DNA of 64,000 nt from Octopus sinensis (GCF_006345805.1 NC_043020.1:620001-684000), one strand, 5' to 3'; counted from the first letter of the stretch, positions 48,995-61,915 are shown. Notes: generated by a model from the letters alone, not told the origin. Translations and numbers: made by a program.

Positions 48995-50530
48995 TTGGTA
49001 CAAGGCCAGCAAATTCAGGGTAGTGGGTAAGTCAATTACCTCAACCCCACTGCTCAACTGATACTTTATTTTATCAACCCCCAAAGGGATGAAAGGCAAA
49101 GTCGACCTCAGTAGCATTTGAACTCAGATAGATGAAATTCCGCTAAGCATTTTGCCTGGCATACTGATGATTCTGCCAGTTCACCACCTTACTACTACTA
49201 CTACTACTACAACTACTACTACTATTACTACTACTACTACTACTACTATCACCACCATCACTACTACTACTACTACCACCACCACCATCACAACTACTAC
49301 TACTACTACTACTAATAATAATAATAATAATGATGATGCTTTCAAATTTTGGCACAACTGGTACATATTTTATTGATTCCAAAAGGAAAAAAAGGTGAAG
49401 TCAATCTTGGCCAAATAATAATAATAATTGTTTTGGATTTTGGCATAAGGCCAGCGAATTTGGGGGAGAAGGTTAACCACTTTCATTGACTCCAGCACCG
49501 GCATTCTCAAAAGAGTGAAAGGCAAAGCTGACCTCAGCAGAAATTGAACTTAGACTGTACAGAGCTTGAAGAAATGCTGCTCAGCATATTGTCTGATGTG
49601 CTAATGATTCTGCCAGCTTCCTGCCTCAATACTGATAGTCTTTTCTACTCTAGGTACAAGGCCTGAAATTTTTGGGGAGGAGGGCAGTCAATTAGAATGA
49701 CCCTCAGTATGCAACTGGTACTTAATTTATCAAACCCGAAAGAATGAAAGGTACAGTCAACCTCGGTGGAATTTGAACTCAGAACGTAAAGACAGATGAA
49801 ATACCGCTAAGTATTTCACCCGGTATGCTAACGGTTTCTGCCAGCTCATTGCCTTTCAATTTTGTTATTTTCTACTCTAAGCACAAGGCCCAAAATTTTG
49901 GGAGAGAGGGTCATTCGATTAGATCAACCCCAGTACACAACTGGCACTTAATTTATTGAACCAGAAAGGATGAAGGGCAAAGTCAACCTTGGCAGAATTT
50001 GAACTCAGAACGTAAGGACGGATGAAATGCTGCTAAGCATTTTGCCCGGAGTGCTAATGATTTTGTCAGCTCACCACCTTAATAATGATAATAATAATAA
50101 TAATAATAACAACAACAACAACAATTTCTAATTTTTGCGCAAGGACAGCAATCTTGTGAGTAAAGAATTAGTCGATTACATTAACCGCAGTACTTGACTG
50201 ATACTTTATGAACCCTAGAGGTGTGAAGGGAAAAACGGGATTTGAACTGAGAATCTAAAGGGTCGTTAAGAAAAAAAAAAACCACTGACAATTCTTCGAA
50301 GTTCAATACCTTAATCATAACGACGATGATGATAGTGTTGATGAGGTTTTCTAACATTTATTCAAGGTCACATATTTTTGTGAGCCAGAGTGTATAGTTA
50401 GTTGACTATCATTGAATCCTGGTATCTGACCTTGGAATGGACGAACGGCGAAAATTAAACTCGACAGGATCTGAACTCAAAATGTAAAGAAATATAACTA
50501 AATACTGAAAGATGCTTAATCTGATTGCAC
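48995..50530 (-). mobile_element. Train of 6-7 co-oriented family B SINE copies and fragments separated by (TAC)n/(AAT)n
   Basis: Repeated gaaaggcaaagtc(g/a)acctc..gaatttgaactcag...ctaagcatttt...gattctgccag at about 48995, 49341, 49435, 49640, 49870, 50115, 50400. Confidence 0.82.
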
Positions 50531-50552
50531 CACCACAATAACAACAACAGCA

Positions 50553-50605
<53 letters not shown>

Positions 50606-51043
50606 CCATGATAGTAATAGATGACTACACAATAGTTGTGATGGATTGGTGTTGGTGGAAGTGATGACGATGATGGTAGTGATGTTGATGATAGCAAAGT
50701 GATAACAATTCTATTCTTTCCTACGGAAGAAGTATATCTCAAGAGTCATCGAGATGTGCTTTTTTATCTCAGCAGCAAAATGGGAAAGAAAGAGAGAAAA
50801 TAACAAAAATAAAAACAATAAAGACAAAAAAAAAACAACGAAAAGAAGAAAATAAATAAAAAATAAAGGCAAAGATCTTTGTCTGGTTTTAATCAGAGGA
50901 AAGAAAAAACGTAAAATGAAAAGACAAAACAGGAAAAGAAGAAGATGAAGAAAAAAAAAAACTGATTTGTTATTTAAAGAAAAATTTGTTTTAATAATCA
51001 TCTGTCTGAATCTTTCTGAATTGCTATTTCATATTTGTGTGTT

Positions 51044-51076
<33 letters not shown>

Positions 51077-51639
51077 TTGTGTGTGTATGTATATGTGTGT
51101 GTGTGTTTGTGTGTGTGTGGGTGTGTTTGATGTTTATTTAGTTTTTTGGGGTTTTTTTGGTTATATTTCATTTCTTTCATTATCTCTGCTTGTAAAGGAG
51201 AGAATTCATTTTAACATTTGTCAGAAGGCATAGCAGTTTTGATGTTGAGTTGATGGGCTGCAATTTACATCTTCAAGAGTTCAAATTTTACTATAGGTTT
51301 TTTTGTTTTTTTTTTCTTTTAAAAAAAAATTTTTTTTTTTTTTTTTTGCAATTTAAGATTATTTTTTTGTTTTGTTTTAAATCTAGGCAATCTTAAGACT
51401 CGTGTTTTCGAGTGGTTGCAAATAAATACCATTCCTGTTTCAGAATTTATCGAGTTTCTTTTTTAAAAAAAAATTTGTTATTTCTGTGTAGTTAAGAAGT
51501 TTGTACTTTGCAACTATACGGTTTGGATTCAGTCCCACTACATGGCAGACACCTTGAGCAAGGTCTTCTACCACAGCTCTAAACTGACATATCTTATCCA
51601 TTTATCATTCAAATTGCTTTGTCAAATGTAATGCCTATC

Positions 51640-52185
51640 TATTCACGTTGTTTTAAATTAAAAATGCACTGTCTCATAGCTTTTGAGATTTCGATGATGT
51701 GATTGCTTATCTTTAAAATGGCATTGTAGAGTATGTGTGAGAGGCCAGCTGGGGCTGATTTGAAGATGAAACATATCTTTGCTTTCACCTGTTGGCACTA
51801 AAAACTTGATCTACTCTCATCTAAATCTCATGTCTATATTTTTGAAATATTTCAATCATTTGATTTCACATGAGTTATATCCCTTGGTTTTTGTTTTTAA
51901 ATTTTAACCCTTTATTCACGTTGTTTTAAATTAATAATGCGCCGTCTCATAGCTTTTGAGATTTCGATGATGTGATTGTTTTTCTTTAAAATGACATTGT
52001 AGAGTATGTGTGAGAGGCCAGCTGTGGCTGATTTAAAGATGAAACATATCTTTGCTTTCACCTGTTGGCACTAAAAACTTGATCTACTCTCATCTAAATC
52101 TCATGTTTATATTTTTGAAATATTTCAATCATTTGATTTCACATGAGTTACATCCCTTGGGTTTTATTTTTAAATTTTAATCCTT
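51640..52185. repeat. Tandem duplication with 273-bp period (MITE D fragment plus flanking DNA)
   Basis: tattcacgttgttttaaatta starts at 51640 and 51913; the units are highly similar. Confidence 0.9.
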
Positions 52186-52519
52186 TTGTTTCTGTATCTC
52201 TGTTGAAATAAGCTGCTTTTGTCTCAGTTAAATTTGGAAATATTTAGTAAAATAACTTTGTCGTTATTAATCTGATGTTTGAAATTTAGATTAACCTGAA
52301 ATTTTGACGAAAGGTTTTAATTTTGAGGTGCAGACATGGCTGTTTGGTAAGAAGCCTGCCTCGCAACCACATGGTTCCTGGTTCAATCTCACATTGTGGC
52401 AAATTGGTTTGTATTTTCTCTTATAACCTTGGACTGACCAAAACCTTGCGAGTGGATTTGGTAGACTGAAACTGAAAGGAAACCTGTTGTGTGTATGTGT
52501 GTATATACCTAAATAACTG

Positions 52520-52830
52520 GCATTCTGTTGACTATAGTGATGAGGGTTCCAGTTGATGTGATCAACAGAACTGCCTGCTTGTGAAATTAACATGAAAGTG
52601 GCTGAGCACTCCACAGACATGCATACCCTTCACATAGTTCTCAGGGAGATTCAGTGTGACACAGGATTTGACAAAGCTGGCCCTTTTGAATTACACGTAC
52701 AACTCATTTTTGCTAGCTGAGTGACATGGAGCAGCGTGAAATGAAGTTTCTTGCTCAAGGACACAATGCTCCACTGGGGATCAAACCCATGACCTTGCAG
52801 TTGGGATTTGAATACCCTAACCATTAAGCC
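52520..52830 (-). mobile_element. Family H-related SINE
   Basis: gaagtttcttgctcaaggacacaatg...gggatcaaacccatgacc...ccctaaccattaagccatg is the reverse complement of a tRNA head plus CORE-like segment. Confidence 0.75.
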
Positions 52831-53067
52831 ATGTACCTTCACATATATATCTATGTTTGTATGTATATATATTTTTGTGTTTGTCTGTGTGTGTATGTTA
52901 CTGTCTCCTTGCCTTGGCATCATGTGACAGTTGTAAACATGTGGTACCATCATGCAAGCAGTGTCTTTTATTTCCAGTCTTCTGTGAGAACTTGTCTGGA
53001 CATGGGGGAAAATATTACCTTACTTGGAAACAGGTAAAGGGTTGGTGACAGGAAGGACATCCACCTG

Positions 53068-53290
53068 TTTCTTTATTGCCCACAAGGGGCTAAACATAGA
53101 GGGGACAAACAAGGACAGACACACGGATTAAGTCGATTACATCGACCCCAGTGTGCAACTGGTACTTAATTTATTGACCCCGAAAGGATGAAAGGCAAAG
53201 TCAACCTCGGCGGAATTTGAACTCAGAACGTAGCAGCAGACGAAATACTGTTAAGTATTACGCCCGGCATGCTAACGATTTTGCCACCTC
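53068..53290 (-). mobile_element. Family B SINE
   Basis: tttctttattgcccacaaggggctaaacatagagggg...cgcccggcatgctaacgatt. Confidence 0.9.
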
Positions 53291-54495
53291 AATAAATACC
53301 GTCCGACCCATATGAGCATGAAAAAGTGAATGTTAAAATGAAGATCACCTTGAAGGGATAAATCTATATTAGAGAACTAAGGGTGGACTCAGGTAGATTG
53401 ATATCAAAAGGGTTAAACGACTTAGAGGAAGTCTTTGTCTTTTTGACTACACGAATAATCTTAGTTAATTGCAATTTTCTAATTCACTATATTACCTAAG
53501 TAGGAGATCTTAATGCATATGTATTTAGTATGCAGAGTACCAGTCTGCGGTCCTTTTCCCTCACGGCTGTTTTGATGATGCATGATATTTAAGCACAACA
53601 GGCCATAGCAAACTAGACTTCGTGCTGCGACTGCTAATGAAATTGCTGTTTAAATGCCTGTAAAATCAATGTTGTCTTGTCGGAGCTTCATCCAACATAG
53701 ACTTCGGATCATTATTATGAATGTAGAATGACCAGCAATCTAAATAACCTAACATATTGATCCCAGTATGAATAACAAACATATTTGAAACATTTAGGAA
53801 TATCAGCTAATATTGATTTCTACATTGATCACAAGGAATTTTATTTTTTCTTTATGAGCAGTGTATATAATATATTTATATATGAGTAGAGTCAATATAC
53901 TCATCAATGATAAGATGTTGCAACTACATAGTTTTATCAACTGAATGGGAGGAGATGAGGTGAAGTTGACCCCTGCAGGATCTGAGGTTAGAAACATGAG
54001 ATAGTAATCTTTTATATCTGGCTATAAAACATCTAGATCAGCTCTACATTATCAATATGCACTATCATCATAGGAATATAGACTGGCTCAGCCCCAGTAT
54101 ATAGTTTCAGACATGCTCGTATGTATGTATTTATTTATTTATTTACTTATGTATTTTCATATGGCTTCGTTGCTAATAATAATTAAAAGGCTTGCTGCCA
54201 ATTTATGGTTGGCTCTCTGGTTAAGAAGTTGGTTTTGCAGCCATGTAATTCCTAGTTTGATCCCACTGCATAACCTTGGACAACTTTGGTAACATATTAA
54301 GCTTACAACCTAGAACAAGTTTTTTATCTCATTATAAGTGTCTTACTTTGGTCTACGGCCAGCCAAAGATTTGTGAGTGAAATTTGGTTAACCAAAACCA
54401 CATAGAAGCTTCCTGGGGGGATCATTTATGTTCTAGGTTGTAAGCTTAATATGTTACCAAAGTTAAGCCCAGCACTTGGCCTTGGGAACTTTTAA

Positions 54496-54716
54496 CCCTT
54501 TAGCATTTAAACCAGACACATCTAGCCAAAATATCAACCTGTTTTTTTTTTTCAAACTGGTCAGATCTGGTTTCTCACATCTTCCCTAGAATGTCATTCT
54601 AAAAATAAACAGTCATATATTTGAAACCTTGATGCTACAAGATGTTGCATAATTAACCCAAAACATTGTGAACAAATGAGAATTGCATTTGACACAGTAA
54701 TCTGAATGCTAAAGGG
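54496..54716. mobile_element. piggyBac-like MITE family D, complete (221 bp)
   Basis: Perfect 12-bp TIR CCCTTTAGCATT/AATGCTAAAGGG; flanks TTAA (54492-54495) and TTAG (54717-54720). Confidence 0.85.
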
Positions 54717-54783
54717 TTAGAGGAACCTATTCTTCAATATATGTATGTATGTATGTATGTATGTATACACATACATACATACA

Positions 54784-55150
54784 TGGGAGGGCATAGCTAT
54801 TGATCATAGCAGGTGGAGAAGGATTGTGCATGAGGGGACTTTTGAGAAATCTCGAGTTGCGCATGAGAAAGTAAGGAGGGATGTCAGGAAGGGCATCGCT
54901 GTTACACTTCCAGATGGGAAGGGTCTTCCTATGATGCTGACATGCAGTGTCTGTGCAAGACCCTGCCTCAGTAAAGCTGGACTCAAGAGTCATCTTCGCT
55001 GTCATAAAGCGAGACAGATGAGTGACAACCTGGCCACTGGTGGTGGTGTAACACACCATACTAATCATATATGTCGGGCATGTGGAAGAGAGTGTAATTT
55101 GGCAGGAGGACTTAAATGACATGCAAAGGTACATGAAGCGCAGTTACAAC
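54784..55150 (+). pseudogene. 5'-truncated RTE-like LINE ORF C-terminus with two C2H2 zinc-finger motifs
   Basis: WEGIAIDHSRWRRIVHEG...(WExxAxDRxxWR motif)...CSVCARPCLSKAGLKSHLRCH...CRACGRECNLAGGLK*HAKVH; internal TGA at 55117-55119; no start codon or splice acceptor context. Confidence 0.78.
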
Positions 55151-55199
55151 TACAGCCGGCTATTGCCGGTAAAGGTTTTAGTTGCCAATTGGAAATTGT

Positions 55200-55533
55200 A
55201 GTTGTGATACCTGTGCCGGTGGCACGTAAAAAGCACCATCTGAACGTGGCCGTTGCCAGCACTGCCTTGACTGGATTCCGTGCCAGTGGCATGTAAAAAG
55301 GATCAACTGATCATGGCCGTTGCTAGCCTCGCCTGGCCCCTGTGCCGGTGGCATGTAAAAAGCACCACCACTGCACTCATGGAGTGGTTGGCATTAGGAA
55401 GGGCATCCAGCTGTAGAAACACTGCCAGATCAGACTGGAGCCTGGTGCAGCCTCCTGGCTTCCGAGACCCTGGTCGAACCGTCCAACCCATGCTAGCATG
55501 GAAAACGGACAATAAACGATGATGATGATGATG
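55200..55533 (+). mobile_element. Family C repeat with internal tandem units
   Basis: gtgccggtggcacgtaaaaagcacc...ggcattaggaagggcatccagctgtagaaac...aaacgatgatgatg. Confidence 0.85.
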
Positions 55534-56734
55534 AAGTCTTCTGCTTTATGTTTCTAAAGCCAGCCTGAAATTTTCCTGACCATGGAAGCTCCATGCTATT
55601 TCGTTTTTCCCTCTTAATTCCTGCCATTCATCTTCTTTTCACCCGGCATTTTACTCAAGTGCCTTTCAAATTACTCTTAAAATACCTTGGCAGACTTTTG
55701 TTTTTTTCTTTGCTCTTCGTTTTTATTTATTTTAAAAACTTCTTTGGATTTATTTAAATATTTTTAATTGATATGTTGTCACAATTGGGAAATAATTCAA
55801 CCATACATCAGAGTCATATTCATTTCTCCTGACTACCTTTATACACCCATTGTCTCTCTCTCTCTCTCTCTCTCTCGGATTTCTTTTTTTTTTCCTATTC
55901 TTTTTCTCTTTTTTTTTCTTTTTACTTTCAATAAATCTCTATTAAAAATTTTCCAGTGTATTTCTTTTGGAAAGTTTCCAAACACTTTCATCGTTTTAAT
56001 AAGCAATTAATGAAAATCAATCAGAATGTCTCTTTTGTTCACACCCTCCACCATTTTAACACATTCCTCTAAACTGCCTATTATTTCATTATTTCTCTCT
56101 TATTCTTTACTTTTGTTCGTTTATTTTTTTTGTTTTGTTTTCGTTGTATATGTACCTCACCACCACCACCACCACCACCTTATATAAATCAGAGGTTATG
56201 AGGAATGTGTTATGAGCAACTCGTGTAACCAAACACACACCATTCCCCCAGTGAAGTTCAACCATTGTGTTTTCTTTTTCCATTGTCATTATTTCCTATT
56301 TTAACATGGCTTTCATTATTGTTATTAAATCCAAAACTGGTGTTTACCATGTAATATTAGCATAAGAAATTATGAAAATTATCATGCATTTCATTTGGAA
56401 AATTTTATGCAATTTTAATAATATTTTGTCGTTTATTCTTTTTTTATATAAATTGTTTATTTCGTTTTGTAATTTTAATTTATTCCAAATAAATCTTTGC
56501 CTTTAAGTTATTCCAAATATCTTTGATTTCGTTCCAGTCACCATTGTAATAATTCCATTGGCACTTAACATCAGTCAAAGAGAAATTTAATCGATGTATA
56601 CATCCATTCTTTTCTTTCATTGATCAGGGGTGTATACCGAGTTTAGATATATGAACAAATAAAAAGAATTAAAGATGCTGTTAGCTTCTGTGATGTCAGT
56701 CTAGTCATTGAATAATAATTATTTAAAATTTCAG

Positions 56735-57020
56735 GCTCCAGGGGCAGCAATTTTAAGGAGATAGGGGTAAACCAATTAGATCAACCCTAGTGCTAGACCT
56801 GTACTTATTTTATGAACCCTGAACAGATGGAAGGAAAAGTTTGTCTTTGAAAGGATTTGAACTCAGATTATAAAGAGCCAGCAGAAATGCCACAAAGCAT
56901 TTTGTCCGCTGTATTAATGTTCCTATCCCTTCAGCCCCAGTACACAACCGGTACTTAATTTATTGATCCCAAAAGGATGAAAGTAAAGTTGACCTTGGTG
57001 GTATTTGAACTCAGAATATG
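56735..57020 (-). mobile_element. Two diverged family B SINE fragments
   Basis: gtacttattttatgaaccc...ggatttgaactcag and ccccagtacacaaccggtacttaatttattgatccc...gttgaccttggtggtatttgaactcag. Confidence 0.7.
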
Positions 57021-57165
57021 AGGATTATTCCATCTTGACCAAATCAATTTGTTCAGATGGAATTATCTGTCTTGAGCAGTAACTGCAAAAATCTACTTTG
57101 TGACAGCAAAGAATCTGATTACTTACAAAAAGCATCTAACTCAGAACAAACATTATTCACAACCT

Positions 57166-57782
57166 CTGTGTGTTCACCATCTGATCCAAGCAGAAAATTT
57201 TCTTCTCTGTGAAAAACCAAAGCATGTTCAGTCGGAGGGGATGCTTGAGTTTGTTTAAAAGCTTAGTAGTGTGATATTTCCTCTTGACCTTGATGGCTTG
57301 AGATAAAAATTGGCCCTGTCTCTCATCTTGTATGAGGAATACCGAATGTCTTCATGCACTACCTGCCTGATAAGAAATTCAAACACACTCATGTCCCGCT
57401 GATGGACCTGACTGACTTGGAAGGATTCTTGTCAATCTTGGCCTGGATCTCACCAACAAATTCAGGAGTTCTTTTTTTATGAGAATGATCAGAGTGAGTT
57501 TTCTGAGCTGCCGTACTTTCATAATCACCATTATACACCTCCTACTCTTTCTGAATCCTCTGCGCTGTCTTTAGATTGGCATCCAGATATTCTGAAATGT
57601 TCGTATTGGAGCTTTGCAGCACAGATGCCAAGCAGTACAGCATGTCATCTCCAAATTCTGGCAGAGTGAATCACGTCATGGTACTGTTTTTCTCAGACGG
57701 TGCCCAACTGACCCTACAATTCTGACCATGCACGAAATTAAAAATATAAACTGTCGACAATTTACCCATCGCACCCTGTGTA
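57166..57782 (-). mobile_element. Tc1/mariner-superfamily transposon 5' fragment (maT/DD37D-like) with decayed transposase N-terminus
   Basis: Terminus TA|CACAGGGTGCGATGGG at 57782-57765; ATG at 57679; frameshifted translation WR*HAVLLGI...SSNTNISEYL...KRTPEFVGEIQAKIDKNPSKSVRSI...FLIRQVVHEDIRYSSYKMR...LLNKLKHPL..MLWFFTEKKIFCLDQMVNTQ; the catalytic triad is not in the fragment, so the subfamily is unverified. Confidence 0.85.
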
Positions 57783-58254
57783 TATTCTCTCACTCACACA
57801 CGTACACACACTTATGTATACATCTATATATGAGACAATGTGATTTGCTTAAGGAATGTAGTATATAGATACTTACAATGGCTGTGAAATATTACAATAG
57901 ACAACTGTATTACCATACACTCTCTCTGTCTGTCTGTCTCTCTCTCTCTCTTTCTCGCTGTGTGGGTGAGTGAATGTGTGTGTGAGTGAGTGAGTGAGTG
58001 CCTGTTCAAGTTGAATGCGTTTCAAGCAAATAACAGCAATTCTAATAAGATTTGACTATTTTGTAACACTACCTTATTTCAACTCCAGTGTTCCATGCCT
58101 TGATTATCTGTTCCCTTGAAGCAATCTGCTTCATGAAGATTGTGGTTCATAATTAACAAAAAATGAAATATAACAGAAACGAAACAAACAGAAAAATTGT
58201 TGGCAAAAAAATAAAATATGTAAACCAAATTTATTTCTCACCAGTTGTATTTTT

Positions 58255-58262
58255 ATATATTT

Positions 58263-58296
<34 letters not shown>

Positions 58297-58640
58297 CACA
58301 CACATACATACATATATATACACACATACATATATATATATATATACATTTATATATATACACACTTATATATATATATACATACATATATATACACTTA
58401 TATATATATATATATATACTCACACATATACACATACATAATATATGTGTGTATTATATATATATAAAATACATACACACATACACGCACACACACACAC
58501 ATATATATAATATGTGTGTGTGTGTGTGTATTATAATATATTTATATTATATATGTATAATGTGTGCATATATAATATAGATACATATACTATACACATG
58601 AATAATATATATATATTATAAACACACATATCTAGCGTAT
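58255..58640. repeat. Compound (TA/CA/TG) microsatellite
   Basis: Seen directly. Confidence 0.95.
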
Positions 58641-59173
58641 GTAATATATATTGTCCAACCATTAATACTAAGTTTCAACTTAGCATTTTTTTCTCCTTCA
58701 ACTGTATGTTGCATACACAGAAAGGTATAAAAGAAAAAAAGCTGAAAATATATATAGGAATATGATCATAACTTTTGTATCTCTTTGGGTTCTTGAGATT
58801 AGGAATAAGATGAAAATTAATGATCCTTTACTGGAACTATTATTGGTTGTAAGAATGAAAAGGAAAAAAAAAATTAAAACAACTACAACAAAAAAAGGAA
58901 AAAAAAAAAAATACCAACCTCCCACCTTATCACAACTGAATTCTTTAGAATTGAACATCTCTGGAGAAAATGGGTGAAAAATAAAACTGAAAACATTATT
59001 AAAAAAAAAAAAAAAAGTAAGATAATTATATATATATATATATAAAAAAAAATGTTCAGGTAACTGAATGTTTTATGCGAACTGTTTTTATGACATCTTA
59101 CCTTAAATATATTCCTGTCTTTATCAAAAGAACACTAAATTTTAAACTGAGAACACACACACACACATATATT

Positions 59174-59227
<54 letters not shown>

Positions 59228-59650
59228 ACACACGCACCTGTACATATATAATCTGTTAAATGAGTTTTGTTCTTGCACAGCAAGAAAAATTTTTTGTCAT
59301 AAAAATATTCAATCTTCTTGCTAACTCTTTCTGTTTTTTTTTGTTTTAGTTTTTTTTGGGTTTTTTTCAAATCAAAAAGAAAAAAAAAACAGAAGCTAGC
59401 GTTTTTCAATAATCAGTTTATTGTCTCCGAATCATAAACAAACCTTTCGCTCTATCTGCAAAATATTGTTTTTAACTAAGAAACATTTGAGCATGGTTCA
59501 CTTTTCACTGTGCACTCCACTTGCATCACTTTTCGTTCACCCACCAGATTTTGAACCACTGACTTCCTACACTACTTCAGGTATAGGCCTTGTTTAGTGC
59601 ATGGAGTTTAGGATCAATGGATTCAATACATTTCAGAATACTAAACAATA

Positions 59651-60036
59651 GGCGCAGGAGTGGCTGTGTGGTAAGTAGCTTGTTTACCAACCGCATGGTT
59701 CCGGGTCAGTCCCATTGCGTGGCACCTTGGGCAAGTGTCTTCTACTATAGCCTCGGGCTGACCAAAGCCTTGTGAGTGGATTTGGTAGATGGAAACTGAA
59801 AGAAGCCCATCGTATATATGTATATATATATATATATATGCGTGTGTGTGTTCGTATGTCTGTATTTGCTTGACAACCGATGCTGATGCGTTTATGTCCC
59901 CATTACTTAGTGGTTCGGCAAAAGAGACCGATAGAATAAGTACTGGGCTTACAAAAGAATAAGTCCCGGGGTCGAGTTGCTCGATTAAAGGCGATGCTCC
60001 AGCATGGCCGCAGTCAAATGACCGAAACAAGTAAAA
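59651..60036 (+). mobile_element. Family A SINE, full length
   Basis: ggcgcaggagtggctgtgtgg through accgaaacaagtaaaa. Confidence 0.92.
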
Positions 60037-60627
60037 AAAAAAAACTTTACTGTTTGTTTTATTGATCTTATAAAAACCATTAAAAGCAGACTTTGCAAGC
60101 ACTAATGCGATGCACCAGACTAGATTCCATAAAGCGTCTCCTTCAGCTCCGCACCTTCTTTTGTTGTGGCTTTACTTGCATTCATACATGAAATATGAAA
60201 TATTGGTGGCTTTAAATTTTTCTGACTTTTCAAACAGCATTCCAAGACATCTTGGAATGCTGCCAACAGCTCCTAGGAATTTTTCCACTTATAAAATATC
60301 AACCTTTTTGCCATGCAACATTTCAAGAAAATATCAACTTATTTATATTCAACATAATCATCATCATCATCATCATCTGCATTTAACATTCTCTTTTCTA
60401 TGCTCACGTGTATTAAACAGAATTTGTTGAGGTAGTTCTTTTTTTTTCTTTATGGCTAGCTGCTCTTCCTGTTGCCAACTGCTACCTATTTCCAAGTAAG
60501 GTAATATTTTTCCATGACCAGACATCTTGGAAGATTGGAAACAGAGGTCAATGCTTGCATGATGGTGACACTCAGAACTATCACGTGATATCAAGCAAAT
60601 GAGACAGTGGAACACACACAGGCACAG

Positions 60628-60705
<78 letters not shown>

Positions 60706-60709
<4 letters not shown>

Positions 60710-60861
60710 GACAGATACCTTTCAGTTTCTGTCTACCAAATCCATTCACAAGGCTTTGGGTTGCCTGGGGCTATAGTTGAAGACACTTATCAAAAGTTTC
60801 ACAAACCGTGACTGAACCTGAAACGATGTGATTGAGAAGGAACCTTCTTACCACACAGCCA
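60706..60861 (-). mobile_element. Family A SINE 5' half
   Basis: ctttcagtttctgtctaccaaatcc...cttcttaccacacagcc, adjacent to a long (CA)n. Confidence 0.8.
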
Positions 60862-61141
60862 ACCCAAAACAAAAATTAGGTCAGTGCCCCCACCTCTGGC
60901 TAAGGTGTTTCAGAGAACTCTCATTGAAAAAACTGTTAAATATTATTAGGCGGGGAAAAAAATAAAGGTTAATCTCTCAGTCATACTTTGGAAATTATTT
61001 CTCAGGAAGGTCTTTATGCCAATAATGAACACATGCACTGATTCTAATTCACTTCATTTATTAGTATTAGTAAGCAAGTTGTGCCACTCCCATCCAAAGC
61101 AACTAACTACATCCACTGTTCACCTTCCTCTCATCATTCTT

Positions 61142-61446
61142 GTTTGTTCTTTCTCGAGCCATGCCTGGCTCATAAGGGCCAGTTTCTCGGTTTCCTTGGT
61201 GTATAGGTTCCCCACCTGGACGGGACACAGGTCCGTCGCAGGTGAAATGCATGATGCAGGAGGAAAGAATGAGAGTAAGTTGTGGGGAAAGAGTCAGCAG
61301 AAGTTCACCATTACCTTCTGCCGGAATCGCATGGAACTTAGGTGTTTCATTCATAAACACACACACATCGCCCGGTCTGAGATTCGAACCCACGATCCCT
61401 CGACTGCAAGTCCGCTGCTCTAACCACTAGGCCATGTGCCTCCACT
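61142..61446 (-). mobile_element. Family H/I tRNA-derived SINE, full length, with 11-bp TSD
   Basis: TCATCATTCTT at 61131-61141 and 61447-61457; head gtggaggcacatggcctagtggttagagcagcggac...gggttcgaatctc (A and B boxes); V-domain-like cctgcgacggacctgtgtcccgtccagg. Confidence 0.9.
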
Positions 61447-61739
61447 TCATCATTCTTAGTGTCTCCTTTTCCATTCCCTCATATTAAAAATTGTTATCTT
61501 TAAGCAATCTTTCAGGCTCAGTGCATATTGATATGCACTGGGCTAGAAAGATTACTTGGAGATAAATGGTATGTTGTTATAATATACATTAGCAACTTAC
61601 TCTATCACTAAAGCATGACGCTATTAGTAGCTCTTTTGTAAATTGTGTATATTAAACGATAATTATCTCTCATTAGATGGAGTACTTTTTTTGTTGATCT
61701 TACATGTAATGAAACTGTAAACTATATATATATATATTT

Positions 61740-61915
61740 GCCATGATAGACTGCTAGCCACTACACATTCTTTATTTTCTCTCCTTGTTTCTCTCTGTGT
61801 TCCTTTCTGTGGAAGAGCGTAGGCTCAAAATGTTAAAGACTTTTTCACTTCTCGAACATTAAACCAATACATCTGTTTGTTGTCTACACCACCTGTCTTC
61901 ATTTTTTGTTGTTGT
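61740..61915 (+). mobile_element. Second copy of family E; hammerhead motif (61803-61838) inactivated by CpG-type decay
   Basis: CGAAACG in the 31.2-kb copy reads CAAAATG here; the rest aligns. Confidence 0.7.

Noticed and set aside
54745-55119. Host C2H2 zinc-finger gene
   Set aside because: Begins in a microsatellite, has a LINE-type WE..A.D..RWR motif, an internal stop, no TGEKP linker and no splice context.
61371-61446. tRNA-like sequence with perfect A and B boxes
   Set aside because: The acceptor stem does not pair; it continues into a SINE body and is bounded by an 11-bp TSD, so it is a SINE head rather than a tRNA gene.
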